Positions 55,505-64,000 of a stretch of DNA of 64,000 nucleotides are shown in pieces. Both the position numbers and the translations under genes were made by a program. The notes beneath the pieces were generated by a model. It was given only the letters and a program-made list of their open reading frames with translations, was not told the DNA's origin and made no database searches. The first letter of the stretch is position 1. Every line of letters starts with the position of its first letter. The stretch covers positions 234,571-298,570 of the forward strand of contig LCPF01000001.1 of assembly GCA_001003475.1 (NCBI GenBank), given 5' to 3'. The stretch is from Candidatus Jorgensenbacteria bacterium GW2011_GWA1_48_11. Lineage in GTDB: Bacteria > Patescibacteriota > Minisyncoccia > UBA6257 > GWB1-50-10.

Positions 55505-57001
55505 ATGATGAAGTTCAACGTTCCCAAGGAAATCAAAAATATCTCCGAAAAATTAGCGGGCGCCGGCTTTGAGGCTTATTTCGTCGGCGGCTGCGTGCGG
55601 GATTTGATGTTGAAACGGGAACCCAAAGATTGGGACGTTACGACGAATGCCAAGCCCGAAGAAATCCAGGGAATCTTTCCGGAAAGCGTTTACGAAAATA
55701 AGTTCGGCACGGTCGGCGTGAAGATCTCTGGGTCGCTTCAGGCGACCGGGACCCCGGCTGAAGGCCCAGGGGCTGACCCTGCAACAGACATCGTGGAGGT
55801 GACAACCTATCGGATAGAAGGCAAGTATACCGACAAGCGTCATCCCGACGACATAAAATCCGCCAAAACGATTAAGGAGGATCTGTCGCGCCGCGATTTT
55901 ACGGTCAATGCCTTGGCCATGGACCTGGCTGGCAAGATAATCGATCCTTACGGCGGCGTGAAAGATCTCAAGGCAAAGTTGGTGCGGACCGTCGGCGAGC
56001 CGCGGGCCCGTTTTGAAGAGGACGCTCTCCGGCTCCTGCGGGCCGTTCGTTTTGCCTGCGAGTTGGGATTTGAGATCGAGGTTGGAACCGGTGAGGCGAT
56101 CCGGCATCACGCCGGCCTTCTCGAAGCTGTCGCTAAAGAAAGAATCCGGGACGAATTTCAGAAAATGATCATGACGCCGCGGGCGGCCGAAGGCGTCATA
56201 CTGCTCGAAGATTACGGCTTGCTGCAGTACGTGATGCCGGAACTTCGGGAAGGAATCGGCTGCGGGCAGAATAAGCATCATATTTATACGGTTTTCGAGC
56301 ACAATGTCCGGGCTTTGAATTATACGGCCGAGAAGAATTATTCTTTGGTCGTCCGCTTGGCGGCTCTGCTCCATGACGTCGGAAAGCCGAGGACGAAAAG
56401 AGGCGAAGGGCCGGATTCCACTTTTTATAACCACGAAACCGTGGGCGCGAAAATGGCGGTTAAAATAATGGATCGGCTGCGGTTTCCGAAGGAAATAGTC
56501 GAAGGCGTCGGCCATCTGGTCCGCTATCATCTTTTTTATTACAATGTCGGCGAAGTGACCGAGGCCGGCGTGCGCCGGTTTTTGTCCCGGGTCGGGCCGG
56601 AGAACGTGGACGATTTCATCAGGGTGCGGGAAGCGGACCGGATCGGTTCGGGCGTGCCCAAAGCCGTACCTTATAAAATCCGTCACCTGCTCTTCATGAT
56701 CGAAAAAGTGAAGCATGATCCGATCCATCCCAAAATGCTTAAGATCAAAGGCGACGACGTGATGAAGATTTTGGGAATCGAACCCGGGCCCAAAGTCGGC
56801 CAAATTCTTTCGATTCTTCTCGAGGAGGTTTTGGACGAGCCGAAGAAAAATGAAGTCGAATATCTCACGGCCCAAGTTAAAAAATTAGGCGTTTATTCCG
56901 ACAAGGATTTGCATCAGCTTTCGGGGAAGGCCCGGGAAAAGAAAGACGAGTTCGAGACCGGGGTTGAAGCCGAGATGAAGAAGAAGTACTATGTGAAGTA
57001 G
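55505..57001 (+). CDS. cca: CCA-adding enzyme / tRNA nucleotidyltransferase (Pol-beta-like head plus HD domain)
   Basis: …AYFVGGCVRDLML…DWDVTT… nucleotidyltransferase motif and a central HD motif (…LLHDVGKP…). Start taken at MMKFN (55505), since the ORF-track start overlaps the tRNA. Confidence 0.8.
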   Translation: MMKFNVPKEIKNISEKLAGAGFEAYFVGGCVRDLMLKREPKDWDVTTNAKPEEIQGIFPESVYENKFGTVGVKISGSLQATGTPAEGPGADPATDIVEVTTYRIEGKYTDKRHPDDIKSAKTIKEDLSRRDFTVNALAMDLAGKIIDPYGGVKDLKAKLVRTVGEPRARFEEDALRLLRAVRFACELGFEIEVGTGEAIRHHAGLLEAVAKERIRDEFQKMIMTPRAAEGVILLEDYGLLQYVMPELREGIGCGQNKHHIYTVFEHNVRALNYTAEKNYSLVVRLAALLHDVGKPRTKRGEGPDSTFYNHETVGAKMAVKIMDRLRFPKEIVEGVGHLVRYHLFYYNVGEVTEAGVRRFLSRVGPENVDDFIRVREADRIGSGVPKAVPYKIRHLLFMIEKVKHDPIHPKMLKIKGDDVMKILGIEPGPKVGQILSILLEEVLDEPKKNEVEYLTAQVKKLGVYSDKDLHQLSGKAREKKDEFETGVEAEMKKKYYVK

Positions 57002-57011
57002 AAAAATTATC

Positions 57012-57440
57012 ATGAAACTGGTCAGATTTTTCGACAAATTAGAAGATAGGGTCCGAGGCTGGTTGAGTCATTGGCCGATTATCTACGGTTTTTTCGGCGG
57101 CGTCGGCGTCGTTCTTTTCTGGCGCGGCGTCTGGTATACGGCCGACGTCGTTTATTCTTTGGTGGCGCCGACACCCGAGAAGCAATTTCTAATGAGCACG
57201 TCCCAGATTTGGGACGGGCCGATTTCGATTGTGGCCGGAGCGATCCTGCTTTTGATGTCCGGCCTTTTCGTTTCCAATTTCATCGGTAACGAAATCATCA
57301 TTTCCGGTTTGCGGGGCGAGAAAAAATTGACCGAAAAGACCGAGGTTGAAGTGAGAACCGAGACGGGAGCAATCGCCGAGATAAAAGAAAAATTGGACGA
57401 AATCTCGGCGCGTCTTGAAGAATTAGAGAAAAAACGATAG
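57012..57440 (+). CDS. Hypothetical membrane protein with a C-terminal coiled coil
   Basis: Two hydrophobic helices and a charged helical tail (…EIKEKLDEISARLEELEKKR). Confidence 0.45.
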   Translation: MKLVRFFDKLEDRVRGWLSHWPIIYGFFGGVGVVLFWRGVWYTADVVYSLVAPTPEKQFLMSTSQIWDGPISIVAGAILLLMSGLFVSNFIGNEIIISGLRGEKKLTEKTEVEVRTETGAIAEIKEKLDEISARLEELEKKR

Positions 57441-57451
57441 GATTTTTTTAC

Positions 57452-57522
57452 CGGGGAGGAGTATGCCGGTAGTACGCACGCTTCGGGTGCGTGTAGACCG
57501 GGTTCGATTCCCGGCTCCCCGA
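57452..57522 (+). tRNA. tRNA-Pro (anticodon CGG)
   Basis: C1-G72 acceptor (CGGGGAG/CTCCCCG), as in bacterial tRNA-Pro; anticodon stem CACGC/GCGTG with loop TTCGGGT; T-loop TTCGATT; discriminator A. Confidence 0.7.
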
Positions 57523-57533
57523 CAATTTCAGGC

Positions 57534-58220
57534 ATGAAAGTATTAATTTACGGCCGCAAACAGAATGAAGCCGAGCCGCTGGCCAAAAAAATCGGCTTTG
57601 ATTTGGTCCGTCAGAACCCCGATTTCGTGTTGAGTTACGGCGGCGACGGTACTTTAATGAAAGCGGAACATTCTTTCCCGGGCGTGCCCAAAGTGATTTT
57701 GAGAGGCGGTTCGGTCGGCAAGAAAGCTTCTTATTTATCCAACGAACAAGTTCTGGCCCTTTTCAAAAAAGGCGATTATAAGATAAAAGAATTCCTGAAG
57801 TTGTCGGTGACGGCGAAAAACAAGGAAATGACGGCCTTGAACGACGTCACGGTTCATAATCAGGATCCCCGGCACGCCATTCGTTACCGGATTTGGACCG
57901 ACGATAACCCGATTGAACACGAAATTATCGGCGATGGCATTGTCGTCGCGACGCCTTTCGGCTCAACCGGCTATTATCGCTCGATTACCGGCAGTTTTTT
58001 TGACTTAGGCTTGGGTTTGGCTTTTAATAATTCCACCGAGCCGGTTGACCACATGATTTTGGCCGAAAGTGGCGAAATTAAAATAAGAATTACGCGCGGG
58101 CCGGCCGCCGTTTACGCCGACAATCAGGAAGAGTATATTTTACTGAACGACGGCGAGGAAACGATAGTGAAAAAATCCGCCGGAAAAGCTAAAATTTTAG
58201 TGTTTGAGCAGGGCCCATAG
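57534..58220 (+). CDS. nadK: NAD+ kinase
   Basis: GGDGT(L) motif and NE/D short motif; 228 aa. Its last codons overlap a tRNA-Ala 5'-half-like sequence. Confidence 0.8.
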   Translation: MKVLIYGRKQNEAEPLAKKIGFDLVRQNPDFVLSYGGDGTLMKAEHSFPGVPKVILRGGSVGKKASYLSNEQVLALFKKGDYKIKEFLKLSVTAKNKEMTALNDVTVHNQDPRHAIRYRIWTDDNPIEHEIIGDGIVVATPFGSTGYYRSITGSFFDLGLGLAFNNSTEPVDHMILAESGEIKIRITRGPAAVYADNQEEYILLNDGEETIVKKSAGKAKILVFEQGP

Positions 58221-58239
58221 TAAAGTGGTATTACGCGGC
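58211..58239 (+). pseudogene. Duplicate of the tRNA-Ala(CGC) 5' half (29 bp, 2 mismatches)
   Basis: GGGCCCATAGTAAAGTGGTATTACGCGGC compared with GGGCCTGTAGTAAAGTGGTATTACGCGGC of the intact gene 118 bp downstream. No anticodon or T-arm follows. Confidence 0.6.
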
Positions 58240-58329
58240 CCCGCCCATACTTCGTGTGATGGGATTGCGATTTATAGATAAAAATCATAAGATTTTTATA
58301 CAAATCGGTAACATTCGTTCTTCACCCTT

Positions 58330-58400
58330 GGGCCTGTAGTAAAGTGGTATTACGCGGCATTCGCATTGCCGAGGCAGGGGTCCGATTCCCCTCGGGTCCA
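58330..58400 (+). tRNA. tRNA-Ala (anticodon CGC)
   Basis: Acceptor GGGCCTG/CGGGTCC with G3·U70, anticodon stem CGGCA/TGCCG with loop TTCGCAT, T-loop TCCGATT. Confidence 0.75.
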
Positions 58401-58547
58401 CAACAAAAAACAAGCCTTTATGGTTGGTGTTTTTTGTTTTATGACGGGGGAATCGGACAGGGAAAAGGGTCGGGAAAACGGGAGTTTTCCCGTGGCGGAA
58501 GTATTGAAACCGCAAGGTGTCAAAAAATTTCGTGGATACGGAATTTT

Positions 58548-58640
58548 GTCCGCTTCCCCTCAGGTCCACGGGTCTAAGGGTGAAGAACGGAGAGCCCGAC
58601 TTGTGGTGAGCAGGGCCGAACCATTCTCGCTGGGTCCACA
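58548..58640 (+). repeat. Two degenerate tRNA-Ala 3'-end-like fragments (58548-58569 …TCCCCTCAGGTCCAC; 58625-58640 …TCGCTGGGTCCACA)
   Basis: Both resemble the T-arm and acceptor 3' strand …TCCCCTCGGGTCCACA of the intact tRNA-Ala(CGC). The ORF-track ORFs in this stretch are probably spurious. Confidence 0.45.
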
Positions 58641-58675
58641 AAAAAAACGCCGGTCTTTATGACCGGCGTTTTTGT
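58641..58675. terminator. Bidirectional rho-independent terminator (AAAAAAA-CGCCGGTC-TTTA-TGACCGGCG-TTTTT)
   Basis: 8–9-bp GC stem flanked by A- and T-runs. It serves the plus-strand tRNA region and the minus-strand PHP gene. Confidence 0.75.
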
Positions 58676-59364
58676 CTGACGAGATATTTCTGTCGGTATT
58701 TTCTCGCGTCGCCCCAGAGAGTGGAGATTATCATTTCGCTCCAAAACTTGCTCGGCTCCGAGAAATTTTCAAAGTTTTTCAGGCGGATAGCTTCGAAGAC
58801 CGCGGCCGCGGTCTTTTCCTCGGCATCGATTACGGCGTAAGCCTTGGTCAGTATTTTCAATTCGTGCGTGTCCGAGGTGGCGAGATACGGCAGGTTTCGC
58901 TTTTTAGCTAGGGTTTCCGCTTTCGAATTGAGGTTTACTCGTTTGGAATAAAACCAGGAATGTTCGATCGCGTCGAAAATGCCGATGTGCTCCTCTAATT
59001 TTTCGCCGAGACAGTAAGGCGTCGGGAAATAAGGATGAGGCGCCAACACAAAGGCGGCGGGCCGACTTTTTTTGTAGGCTGCAAGTCCGGCGAAAGTATC
59101 GATTTTTTCTATATCCTTGTCGGCGTTCAAAATCACCACGTGCCGCCGTTCGATGTTCTTTTCGATGCCGGGAATGAAAAGAATGTTGTTTTTGGCGGCA
59201 TGGGCCGCATATTCGGGGAGATCAATGAACCGGTTATGGCAAGTCAAGGCGATTACTTCAAAACCGAGCCGGGCGGCCTCGTCGATCCCTTCTTGGAAAG
59301 AATAATCAATAACGTCATGAGGATCGTCCTTGGAGTGGAAATGCAGATTGGCTTTTAATTTCAT
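58657..59364 (-). CDS. PHP-domain (polymerase/histidinol-phosphatase-like) phosphoesterase
   Basis: N-terminal NLHFHSKDDPHD metal-binding motif and further His/Asp ligands; 235 aa. Confidence 0.65.
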   Translation of the reverse strand: MKLKANLHFHSKDDPHDVIDYSFQEGIDEAARLGFEVIALTCHNRFIDLPEYAAHAAKNNILFIPGIEKNIERRHVVILNADKDIEKIDTFAGLAAYKKSRPAAFVLAPHPYFPTPYCLGEKLEEHIGIFDAIEHSWFYSKRVNLNSKAETLAKKRNLPYLATSDTHELKILTKAYAVIDAEEKTAAAVFEAIRLKNFENFSEPSKFWSEMIISTLWGDARKYRQKYLVRQKRRS

Positions 59365-59579
59365 CCCTTTGGAAACAGAACAAATGTCCGTGTTTGGTCC
59401 AGACTTTCTGGATTGTGGTAAATCATACGATGGCTGTTTTTTTGTCTTTTATTAAAGCTGTTTCTAAAGGGATGAATGTGGATAGATTAGATTTGGCGGA
59501 TTGGTCTTATGTTATAATTAATTCAGTTAATATCAAAGGTCGAACTTACTAGTCAATTTATTATTCAGAACAGCAAATT

Positions 59580-60260
59580 ATGGTTATTCAAGATTGGGCA
59601 GCTTTGATTGTCGGATCGCTTCAGAATTTATGGATCGGCGTGATTGCCACGATTGGCGACATCATCGGCGCCTTGGTCGTTCTTTTAATCGGGCTTTTGG
59701 TGGCCTCCGGGCTTGCCGCGCTCGTGGAACGGATCGTCGCGATGATCAAGCTTGATAGCGTTTTAGCCAAGCTGGGGATTGAAGAATACTTTGAACGCGC
59801 CGGCCTTAAATTGAACAGTGCTCTATTCTTTGGTCGGATAGTTTATTGGTTCTTCGTTGTCGTCTTCCTTTTGGCCGCTACCGACATTCTGAAGTTTTAT
59901 TCGCTTTCTAATTTCTTGAGCGATGTCCTTTTGTATGTCCCAAATGTGATCGTCGGGGTGCTTATCATGCTCGCCGCCGTAGTCGTCGCCAATTTCCTGA
60001 GGAAATTGGTTTGGGCTTCGGTTAAAAGCGCGCGTTTGCACAGCGCCGGTTTCTTGGGCTCGCTTACCTGGTGGGCGGTGATCCTTTTCGGATTTTTTGC
60101 GGCCTTGACCCAATTGGGCGTGGCCGTGAGTTTGATCAATTCGTTGGTCACCGGTTTCGTGGCGATGCTCGCTATCGCTGGCGGCATTGCGTTCGGTTTG
60201 GGCGGTAAAGATTACGCCTCCTCCTTAATCAACAAATTAAGGGAGCACACCGAAAGGTAG
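59580..60260 (+). CDS. Polytopic membrane protein with repeated 'conserved TM helix' units (MscS-N-terminal-like)
   Basis: Four similar hydrophobic helix units (…IIGALVVLLIGLLVA…, …VIVGVLIMLAAVVVA…); 226 aa. Confidence 0.45.
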   Translation: MVIQDWAALIVGSLQNLWIGVIATIGDIIGALVVLLIGLLVASGLAALVERIVAMIKLDSVLAKLGIEEYFERAGLKLNSALFFGRIVYWFFVVVFLLAATDILKFYSLSNFLSDVLLYVPNVIVGVLIMLAAVVVANFLRKLVWASVKSARLHSAGFLGSLTWWAVILFGFFAALTQLGVAVSLINSLVTGFVAMLAIAGGIAFGLGGKDYASSLINKLREHTER

Positions 60261-60282
60261 GGCAAATAAAATTTTGTGAAAC

Positions 60283-60316
60283 TTGCAGCCCCCGCGACGG
60301 GGGTTGCAAGTTTTTT
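60283..60316 (+). terminator. Rho-independent terminator
   Basis: CTTGCAGCCCCCG-CGA-CGGGGGTTGCAAG followed by TTTTTT. Confidence 0.75.
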
Positions 60317-60375
60317 AAGGGCTTTATTCAAAAATCAGAATTAAAGATGAATTATTTTTGAAGATAAAACCCTAC

Positions 60376-60477
60376 CCCGTTAGATAGCGGTTAAAACCAT
60401 TGAATTGAATTAAAATAAAATAAAAATCAGAAAAATAGTCGGATTACCTCGGACAGCGCTGGAGCCGCATCTAATGG
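60376..60477 (+). repeat. Leader element copy 3 (divergent): CCCCGTTAGATAGCGG … CCGCATCTAATGGGG followed by GTG; lies in the 5' region of the rplU operon
   Basis: Arms at 60376-60391 and 60463-60477, with the same CCCGTTAGA…TCTAA(C/T)GGG core as copies 1 and 2. The 3' arm is followed by GTG, opening a 33-codon ORF, about 200 bp upstream of rplU. Confidence 0.45.
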
Positions 60478-60684
60478 GGTGAGCGATTTTGTTTTAAAGC
60501 TTGCCCCGCACCGAGCCGAGCACTGCAGCGTCCAGTCGTTTTCCTCGTTAAGATATTTTCGTTCGCAAATCAGGGAATAATATCGAAAAACATAATCTGT
60601 TGCAAAACGCTATAGAAAACGTAGTGCTCGATCTGGTGACGGGACTTGACTTCGCTTCGCTCATCGGCTTTAATTAAAATCGTT

Positions 60685-60990
60685 ATGTTTGCGGTTATTG
60701 AGACCGGCGGCAAACAGTATTTTGTGAAGCCGGGCCAGAAAATTAAGATTGAAAAAATAGAAGCGGATGCGAAAAAGCATCCGGTTTTCGACAAGGTCTT
60801 GCTCAAAAAGGGCAAAACAGAAGTCGAAATCGGTCTGCCCTACATTAAAGGCGCGAAGGTGGAAGCGAAATTTCTGAATCAGGGCCGCAGCGAGCGGAAA
60901 ATAGTTTTCCGGTATCATTCGAAAACCCGTTACCGCAAATTCAAAACCCACCGCCAGCCGTTTACCGAGATAGAGATTACGAGTATCTAG
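60685..60990 (+). CDS. rplU: 50S ribosomal protein L21
   Basis: MFAVIETGGKQYFVKPGQKIKIEK…; the internal Met at 60685 is taken as the true start. Confidence 0.85.
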   Translation: MFAVIETGGKQYFVKPGQKIKIEKIEADAKKHPVFDKVLLKKGKTEVEIGLPYIKGAKVEAKFLNQGRSERKIVFRYHSKTRYRKFKTHRQPFTEIEITSI

Positions 60991-61011
60991 AATTTAGAAT
61001 CTAGAGTAATT

Positions 61012-61353
61012 ATGAGCAAGTCTTTTAGGGATTTAATTGTTTGGCAAAAATCTCGGGATTTAACCATCGTTATTTACAAAATAACCAATAATTTCCCCCA
61101 ATCAGAACTTTATGGCTTGACGAGTCAAATGAGGCGAGCGGCTATTTCTATTTCTTCAAATATAGCCGAGAGTTACAACAGATTTCATAATAAAGAAAAG
61201 AAACAGTTTTTGGCCGTTGCTTTCGGCTCCGGCTCCGAATTAGAGAGTCAATTAGAGATTGCCAAAATTTTGTTTTCAAAAATAGATTACGAAGAGGCTG
61301 GAGATTTATTGGAAGAAGTAATGAAAATTCTAAACAGTTTTCTTAATAAATAA
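61012..61353 (+). CDS. Four-helix-bundle protein of the 23S rRNA intervening-sequence (IVS) protein family
   Basis: …LIVWQKSRDL…IYKITNNFP…ELYGLTSQMRRAAISISSNIAE…FL…AFGSGSELESQL… matches the IVS/four-helix-bundle family pattern. It occupies the position where rpmA (L27) would normally follow rplU. Low GC. Confidence 0.65.
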   Translation: MSKSFRDLIVWQKSRDLTIVIYKITNNFPQSELYGLTSQMRRAAISISSNIAESYNRFHNKEKKQFLAVAFGSGSELESQLEIAKILFSKIDYEEAGDLLEEVMKILNSFLNK

Positions 61354-61392
61354 GGAATTAATTGCGCATTTCCAGATTTTAGATACTAAATT

Positions 61393-62025
61393 CTAGTTTC
61401 TTCGCGCTAGGGCCTGGCCTAAGGTTTCTTCGTCGGCAAATTCTATTTCACCGCCGGTGGGTATCCCCCGGCCGAGGCGGGTAATTTTTTCCGCCAGGCT
61501 TTCAAATTCTTTCTTAATCATTTGGGCCGTGAAATCGCCGGCACCCGTGGGGTTCAAGGCGATAATAATTTCCTTGATTTTACCGCCCAGTTCTTTCTGG
61601 ATCCTTGATTTGAGGTGTTCCAGCCGGAGTTTTTGGCTACTCTCGAGCGATCCTCTTCCTGGCAGTTCGCCCAAGAGGAGATAATGGCCTTGAAACTGGC
61701 CGGTTTTTTCGAGCGAGATCAAATCGGTTTCTTTTTCGACGATTGCAATCACCGTTTTGTCCCGTTTCGGATTGGCGCAAATGGCGCAAAGATTGCCGCC
61801 GCCTTTCAAAAAGAAGCACTGCTTGCAGCGGCTCAAGTGCCGTAAATCGCCCAGGGAAGATTCAAGGTTTTTCAGGTCGTTTTTGTCGAGACCAATTAGG
61901 TAAAAAGCAAGTCGGGTCGCAAGACGGGGCCCCAAAGAAGGCAGGCGCGAAAAATTATCGATGAATTTTTGAATTTGTTCCGGGATCATAGTTACGAAAA
62001 TTTCCAATTTCCAATCAAATTCCAA
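61393..62025 (-). CDS. recR: Recombination protein RecR
   Basis: HhH N-terminus, C4 zinc finger (CxxC…CxxC) and Toprim domain; 210 aa. Confidence 0.85.
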   Translation of the reverse strand: MEFDWKLEIFVTMIPEQIQKFIDNFSRLPSLGPRLATRLAFYLIGLDKNDLKNLESSLGDLRHLSRCKQCFFLKGGGNLCAICANPKRDKTVIAIVEKETDLISLEKTGQFQGHYLLLGELPGRGSLESSQKLRLEHLKSRIQKELGGKIKEIIIALNPTGAGDFTAQMIKKEFESLAEKITRLGRGIPTGGEIEFADEETLGQALARRN

Positions 62026-62044
62026 TAAAACAATTATTCAAACC

Positions 62045-62091
62045 TGAAAATTAAAACATTGAAAATTCAATGAAAATTGATAATTGAAAAT
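62045..62091. repeat. Four TGAAAATT direct repeats spaced 11–15 bp apart, with TTCCAAT triplets upstream, in the dnaB/recR intergenic region
   Basis: The octamer occurs at 62045, 62060, 62071 and 62084. ATTTCCAATTTCCAATCAAATTCCAAT lies at 61990-62016. Confidence 0.6.
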
Positions 62092-63443
62092 TATTCTTCG
62101 GGTGCCTGATGGGTGGTATCAATGTTCCTGAAACTGACTTTTTCCTGATCGAATTTCAGCTGGACGCTGCCCAAAGGGCCGTTGCGGTGTTTGGCGATGA
62201 TGACCTCCACCAGATTTTTTTCATCTTCGGTCGCGTCCATTCTGTCCCGGTCTTTGCGGTAAAGAAGCATCACGACGTCGGCATCCTGTTCTAGAGAGCC
62301 TGACTCGCGCAGGTCCGAAAGGCGGGGAATTTTAATTTCTCTTTGATCAACGGCGCGGGAAAGCTGGGAAATGGCCAGAACCGGAATGTTCAATTCTTTG
62401 GCCAGGCCCTTCAGGCCGCGGGAAACCTCAGTGATCTGCTGGACCATGTTGTCGCTGCCGGTGCGGGGTTGGACCAATTGCAGGTAGTCCACTATCAAAA
62501 GGTCCAGGCCGCGCTCAAGCTGGAGGCGCCTGGCCATGGAACGCATTTGGAGAATGTTGGGCGAAGGCGAGTCGTCGATGAAGAGCGGGTTTTTGGAAAG
62601 GTCGTCCAGGGCCTGCCGGACAAAGCCGAACTCCGTATCGCCCGCAAGGCGGCCGGTGCGGAGACGCCACAATGGGATTTGGGCCTGGCTCGCGATGATC
62701 CGATCGATGACTTGTTCTCGGGACATTTCGAGCGAAAAGATGCCGACCACGTGGCCTTTTAGCGACGCTTCCCGGGCGATGTCCAGGGCAAGCGCGGTCT
62801 TGCCGAATGACGGCCGGGCTCCCACGATGATCAGGTCCGATTTTTGGAGACCGGAGAGGAGATTGTCAATACCCGTAAAGCTCGTCGCGACGCCCCGCAG
62901 AGCGCCTTCGCCGCGGTGGAGTTTCTCGAGCCGTTCGTAGGCCGCCGGCAAATCGTCTTTGAGATGGACGAATTTCTGGATGCGGGAACGGCCAGCGATG
63001 TCGAAAACTTTTTGTTCCACTTGGTCCAGAAGCGTTTCGAAATCGTCGTGTTCGAAGGCCTTTTCGTGGATTTCCGAAGAGACGTTGATTAAATCGCGCC
63101 GCACCCGTTTTTCGCGGACCGCGTTCGAGTAGTGTTCGATGTGGGCCGAAGTCGGCACGCTTTCTATTAAAGTCGTGAGATATTTTTCGCCGCCAACCTC
63201 TTTCAAGAGCTTTTTTTCTTTTAATTTGGAAGCGACCGTCAAAAGGTCGATCGGCTGACTCTTGGCGAAAAGATTGATGATCGTTTCGTATATTTTCTGG
63301 TGGCGGGGGTCGTAAAAATCCGCCGGCTTCAGCGTGTCGGCGATTTTCACGATGGCGTTCTTGTCGAGCATCAAGGCGCCCAAGACCGACATTTCGGCAT
63401 CGAGGTCTTGGGGCGGAACTTTTAAGGGATTGGTTTTAGCCAT
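62091..63443 (-). CDS. dnaB: Replicative DNA helicase DnaB
   Basis: N-terminal DnaB domain (…LDAEMSVLGALMLD…), Walker A GARPSFGKTALAL and RecA-like C-terminal motifs; 450 aa. Confidence 0.9.
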   Translation of the reverse strand: MAKTNPLKVPPQDLDAEMSVLGALMLDKNAIVKIADTLKPADFYDPRHQKIYETIINLFAKSQPIDLLTVASKLKEKKLLKEVGGEKYLTTLIESVPTSAHIEHYSNAVREKRVRRDLINVSSEIHEKAFEHDDFETLLDQVEQKVFDIAGRSRIQKFVHLKDDLPAAYERLEKLHRGEGALRGVATSFTGIDNLLSGLQKSDLIIVGARPSFGKTALALDIAREASLKGHVVGIFSLEMSREQVIDRIIASQAQIPLWRLRTGRLAGDTEFGFVRQALDDLSKNPLFIDDSPSPNILQMRSMARRLQLERGLDLLIVDYLQLVQPRTGSDNMVQQITEVSRGLKGLAKELNIPVLAISQLSRAVDQREIKIPRLSDLRESGSLEQDADVVMLLYRKDRDRMDATEDEKNLVEVIIAKHRNGPLGSVQLKFDQEKVSFRNIDTTHQAPEE

Positions 63444-64000
63444 GGTCCGAGGGGCGTGTCCTGTACCTCATATCCTAATCCAATCATCCTTTTTCTCAAG
63501 GCATCGGCTTGAACAAACTGTTTATTGATTCTGTATAATTCGCGTTTTTCCGCCAGTTTGATTACCGCTCTGGGAATTTTTGTCTGTTTGACGGCGGCCT
63601 TAAACCCCAAGCCGAGCACCTCGTCGTATTTGAAAGCGAGCGAGAGCTTTGTTCTTGGGGCAAGCAGCGGGTTTTTAAGCGTGTTCCAAAGGATCGAAAG
63701 GGCTTTGGGGGTATTCAAATCATCGTTGATCGCTGTTTGAAATCGGCGGAGGAATCCAGCGGCCATTCCTTTTTGCTTTTTGCCCGCCCCCCTCGCTTTC
63801 GAAGCAGGCGAAGCAAGCCAATTAAGGTCGTTGTAAAGTTTACGAAGGGTATTGGCCGCACCCTCAAGGCCATCCCACGAAAAGTTTAATTTTTTGCGGT
63901 AATGGGCGCTGAGGACGAAATAACGATAGGCGATGGGTTTAAATCTCTTCTTTTTTAGATTTTCAAGCGTGATGAAATTGCCTTTTGATTTTCCCATTCT
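63422..64000 (-). CDS. cysS: Cysteinyl-tRNA synthetase, C-terminal part; the gene continues past the window end
   Basis: KMSKS-type motif (M)GKSKGNF at the start of the visible part and a DALR-like anticodon-binding region. The ORF is open to position 64000. Confidence 0.7.
   Translation of the reverse strand, partial: RMGKSKGNFITLENLKKKRFKPIAYRYFVLSAHYRKKLNFSWDGLEGAANTLRKLYNDLNWLASPASKARGAGKKQKGMAAGFLRRFQTAINDDLNTPKALSILWNTLKNPLLAPRTKLSLAFKYDEVLGLGFKAAVKQTKIPRAVIKLAEKRELYRINKQFVQADALRKRMIGLGYEVQDTPLGPWLKPIP

Noticed and set aside
58285-58662. ORFs 58285..58641(-), 58344..58577(+), 58366..58662(+)
   Set aside because: They cover the tRNA-Ala gene and its degenerate fragments. Composition and lack of motifs argue against coding.
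61012-61353. Calling the gene after rplU rpmA (L27) on synteny grounds
   Set aside because: The sequence lacks the L27 signature (…GGSTKNGRDS…) and instead matches the four-helix-bundle/IVS protein pattern.

Overview
The window is a gene-dense bacterial chromosome segment at roughly 50% GC. Gene content resembles a reduced, CPR/Parcubacteria-like genome. This is suggested by an N-terminally truncated IF-2 that starts at the G domain, an HTH–MurA fusion, a pheS gene with no pheT in the window, a LAGLIDADG-type gene beside a truncated tRNA, and many hypothetical surface proteins; this is inference only.

Recognisable core genes are: aminoacyl-tRNA synthetases (glyQS 3' part, leuS, tyrS, pheS, cysS 3' part), infB–rbfA, uppS, murB and murA, clpP, htrA, gatCA, ligA, recG, recR, dnaB, cca, nadK and rplU. 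Seventeen tRNA genes sit in several clusters, and there are two tRNA fragments.

The largest functional block (31.2–43.4 kb) is a complete type IV pilus/competence locus: comFC, pilMNO, pilB, pilT, pilC, two major-type pilins, pilD and four minor pilins.

Accessory or atypical segments are:
- a high-GC 1.1 kb insert between tatD and leuS, carrying an AbrB/MazE-like mini-regulator, a 32-bp perfect palindrome and an unknown gene;
- a low-GC methyltransferase plus P-loop kinase island next to a tRNA cluster;
- a high-GC lipoprotein gene;
- a run of large secreted FN3/Big/PKD-domain proteins, one of them frameshifted;
- a low-GC LAGLIDADG/HTH nuclease-like gene abutting a truncated tRNA;
- a secreted protein made of tandem four-cysteine repeats;
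- a cluster of tRNA-Ala-derived fragments.

Two repeat families look undescribed.
- A roughly 110–140 bp element with terminal inverted repeats sits exactly at stop/start junctions of the pil operon: four copies, three of them carrying a conserved 26–29-codon mini-ORF whose TGA lies 3 nt before the downstream ATG.
- A roughly 105 bp inverted-repeat-bounded 5'-leader element has its 3' arm running straight into the ATG of clpP and of a secreted-protein gene, with a third copy ending at a GTG about 200 bp upstream of rplU.

A 78-bp in-frame tandem repeat extends the clpP reading frame. No CRISPR array, rRNA gene, integrase or transposase was seen.
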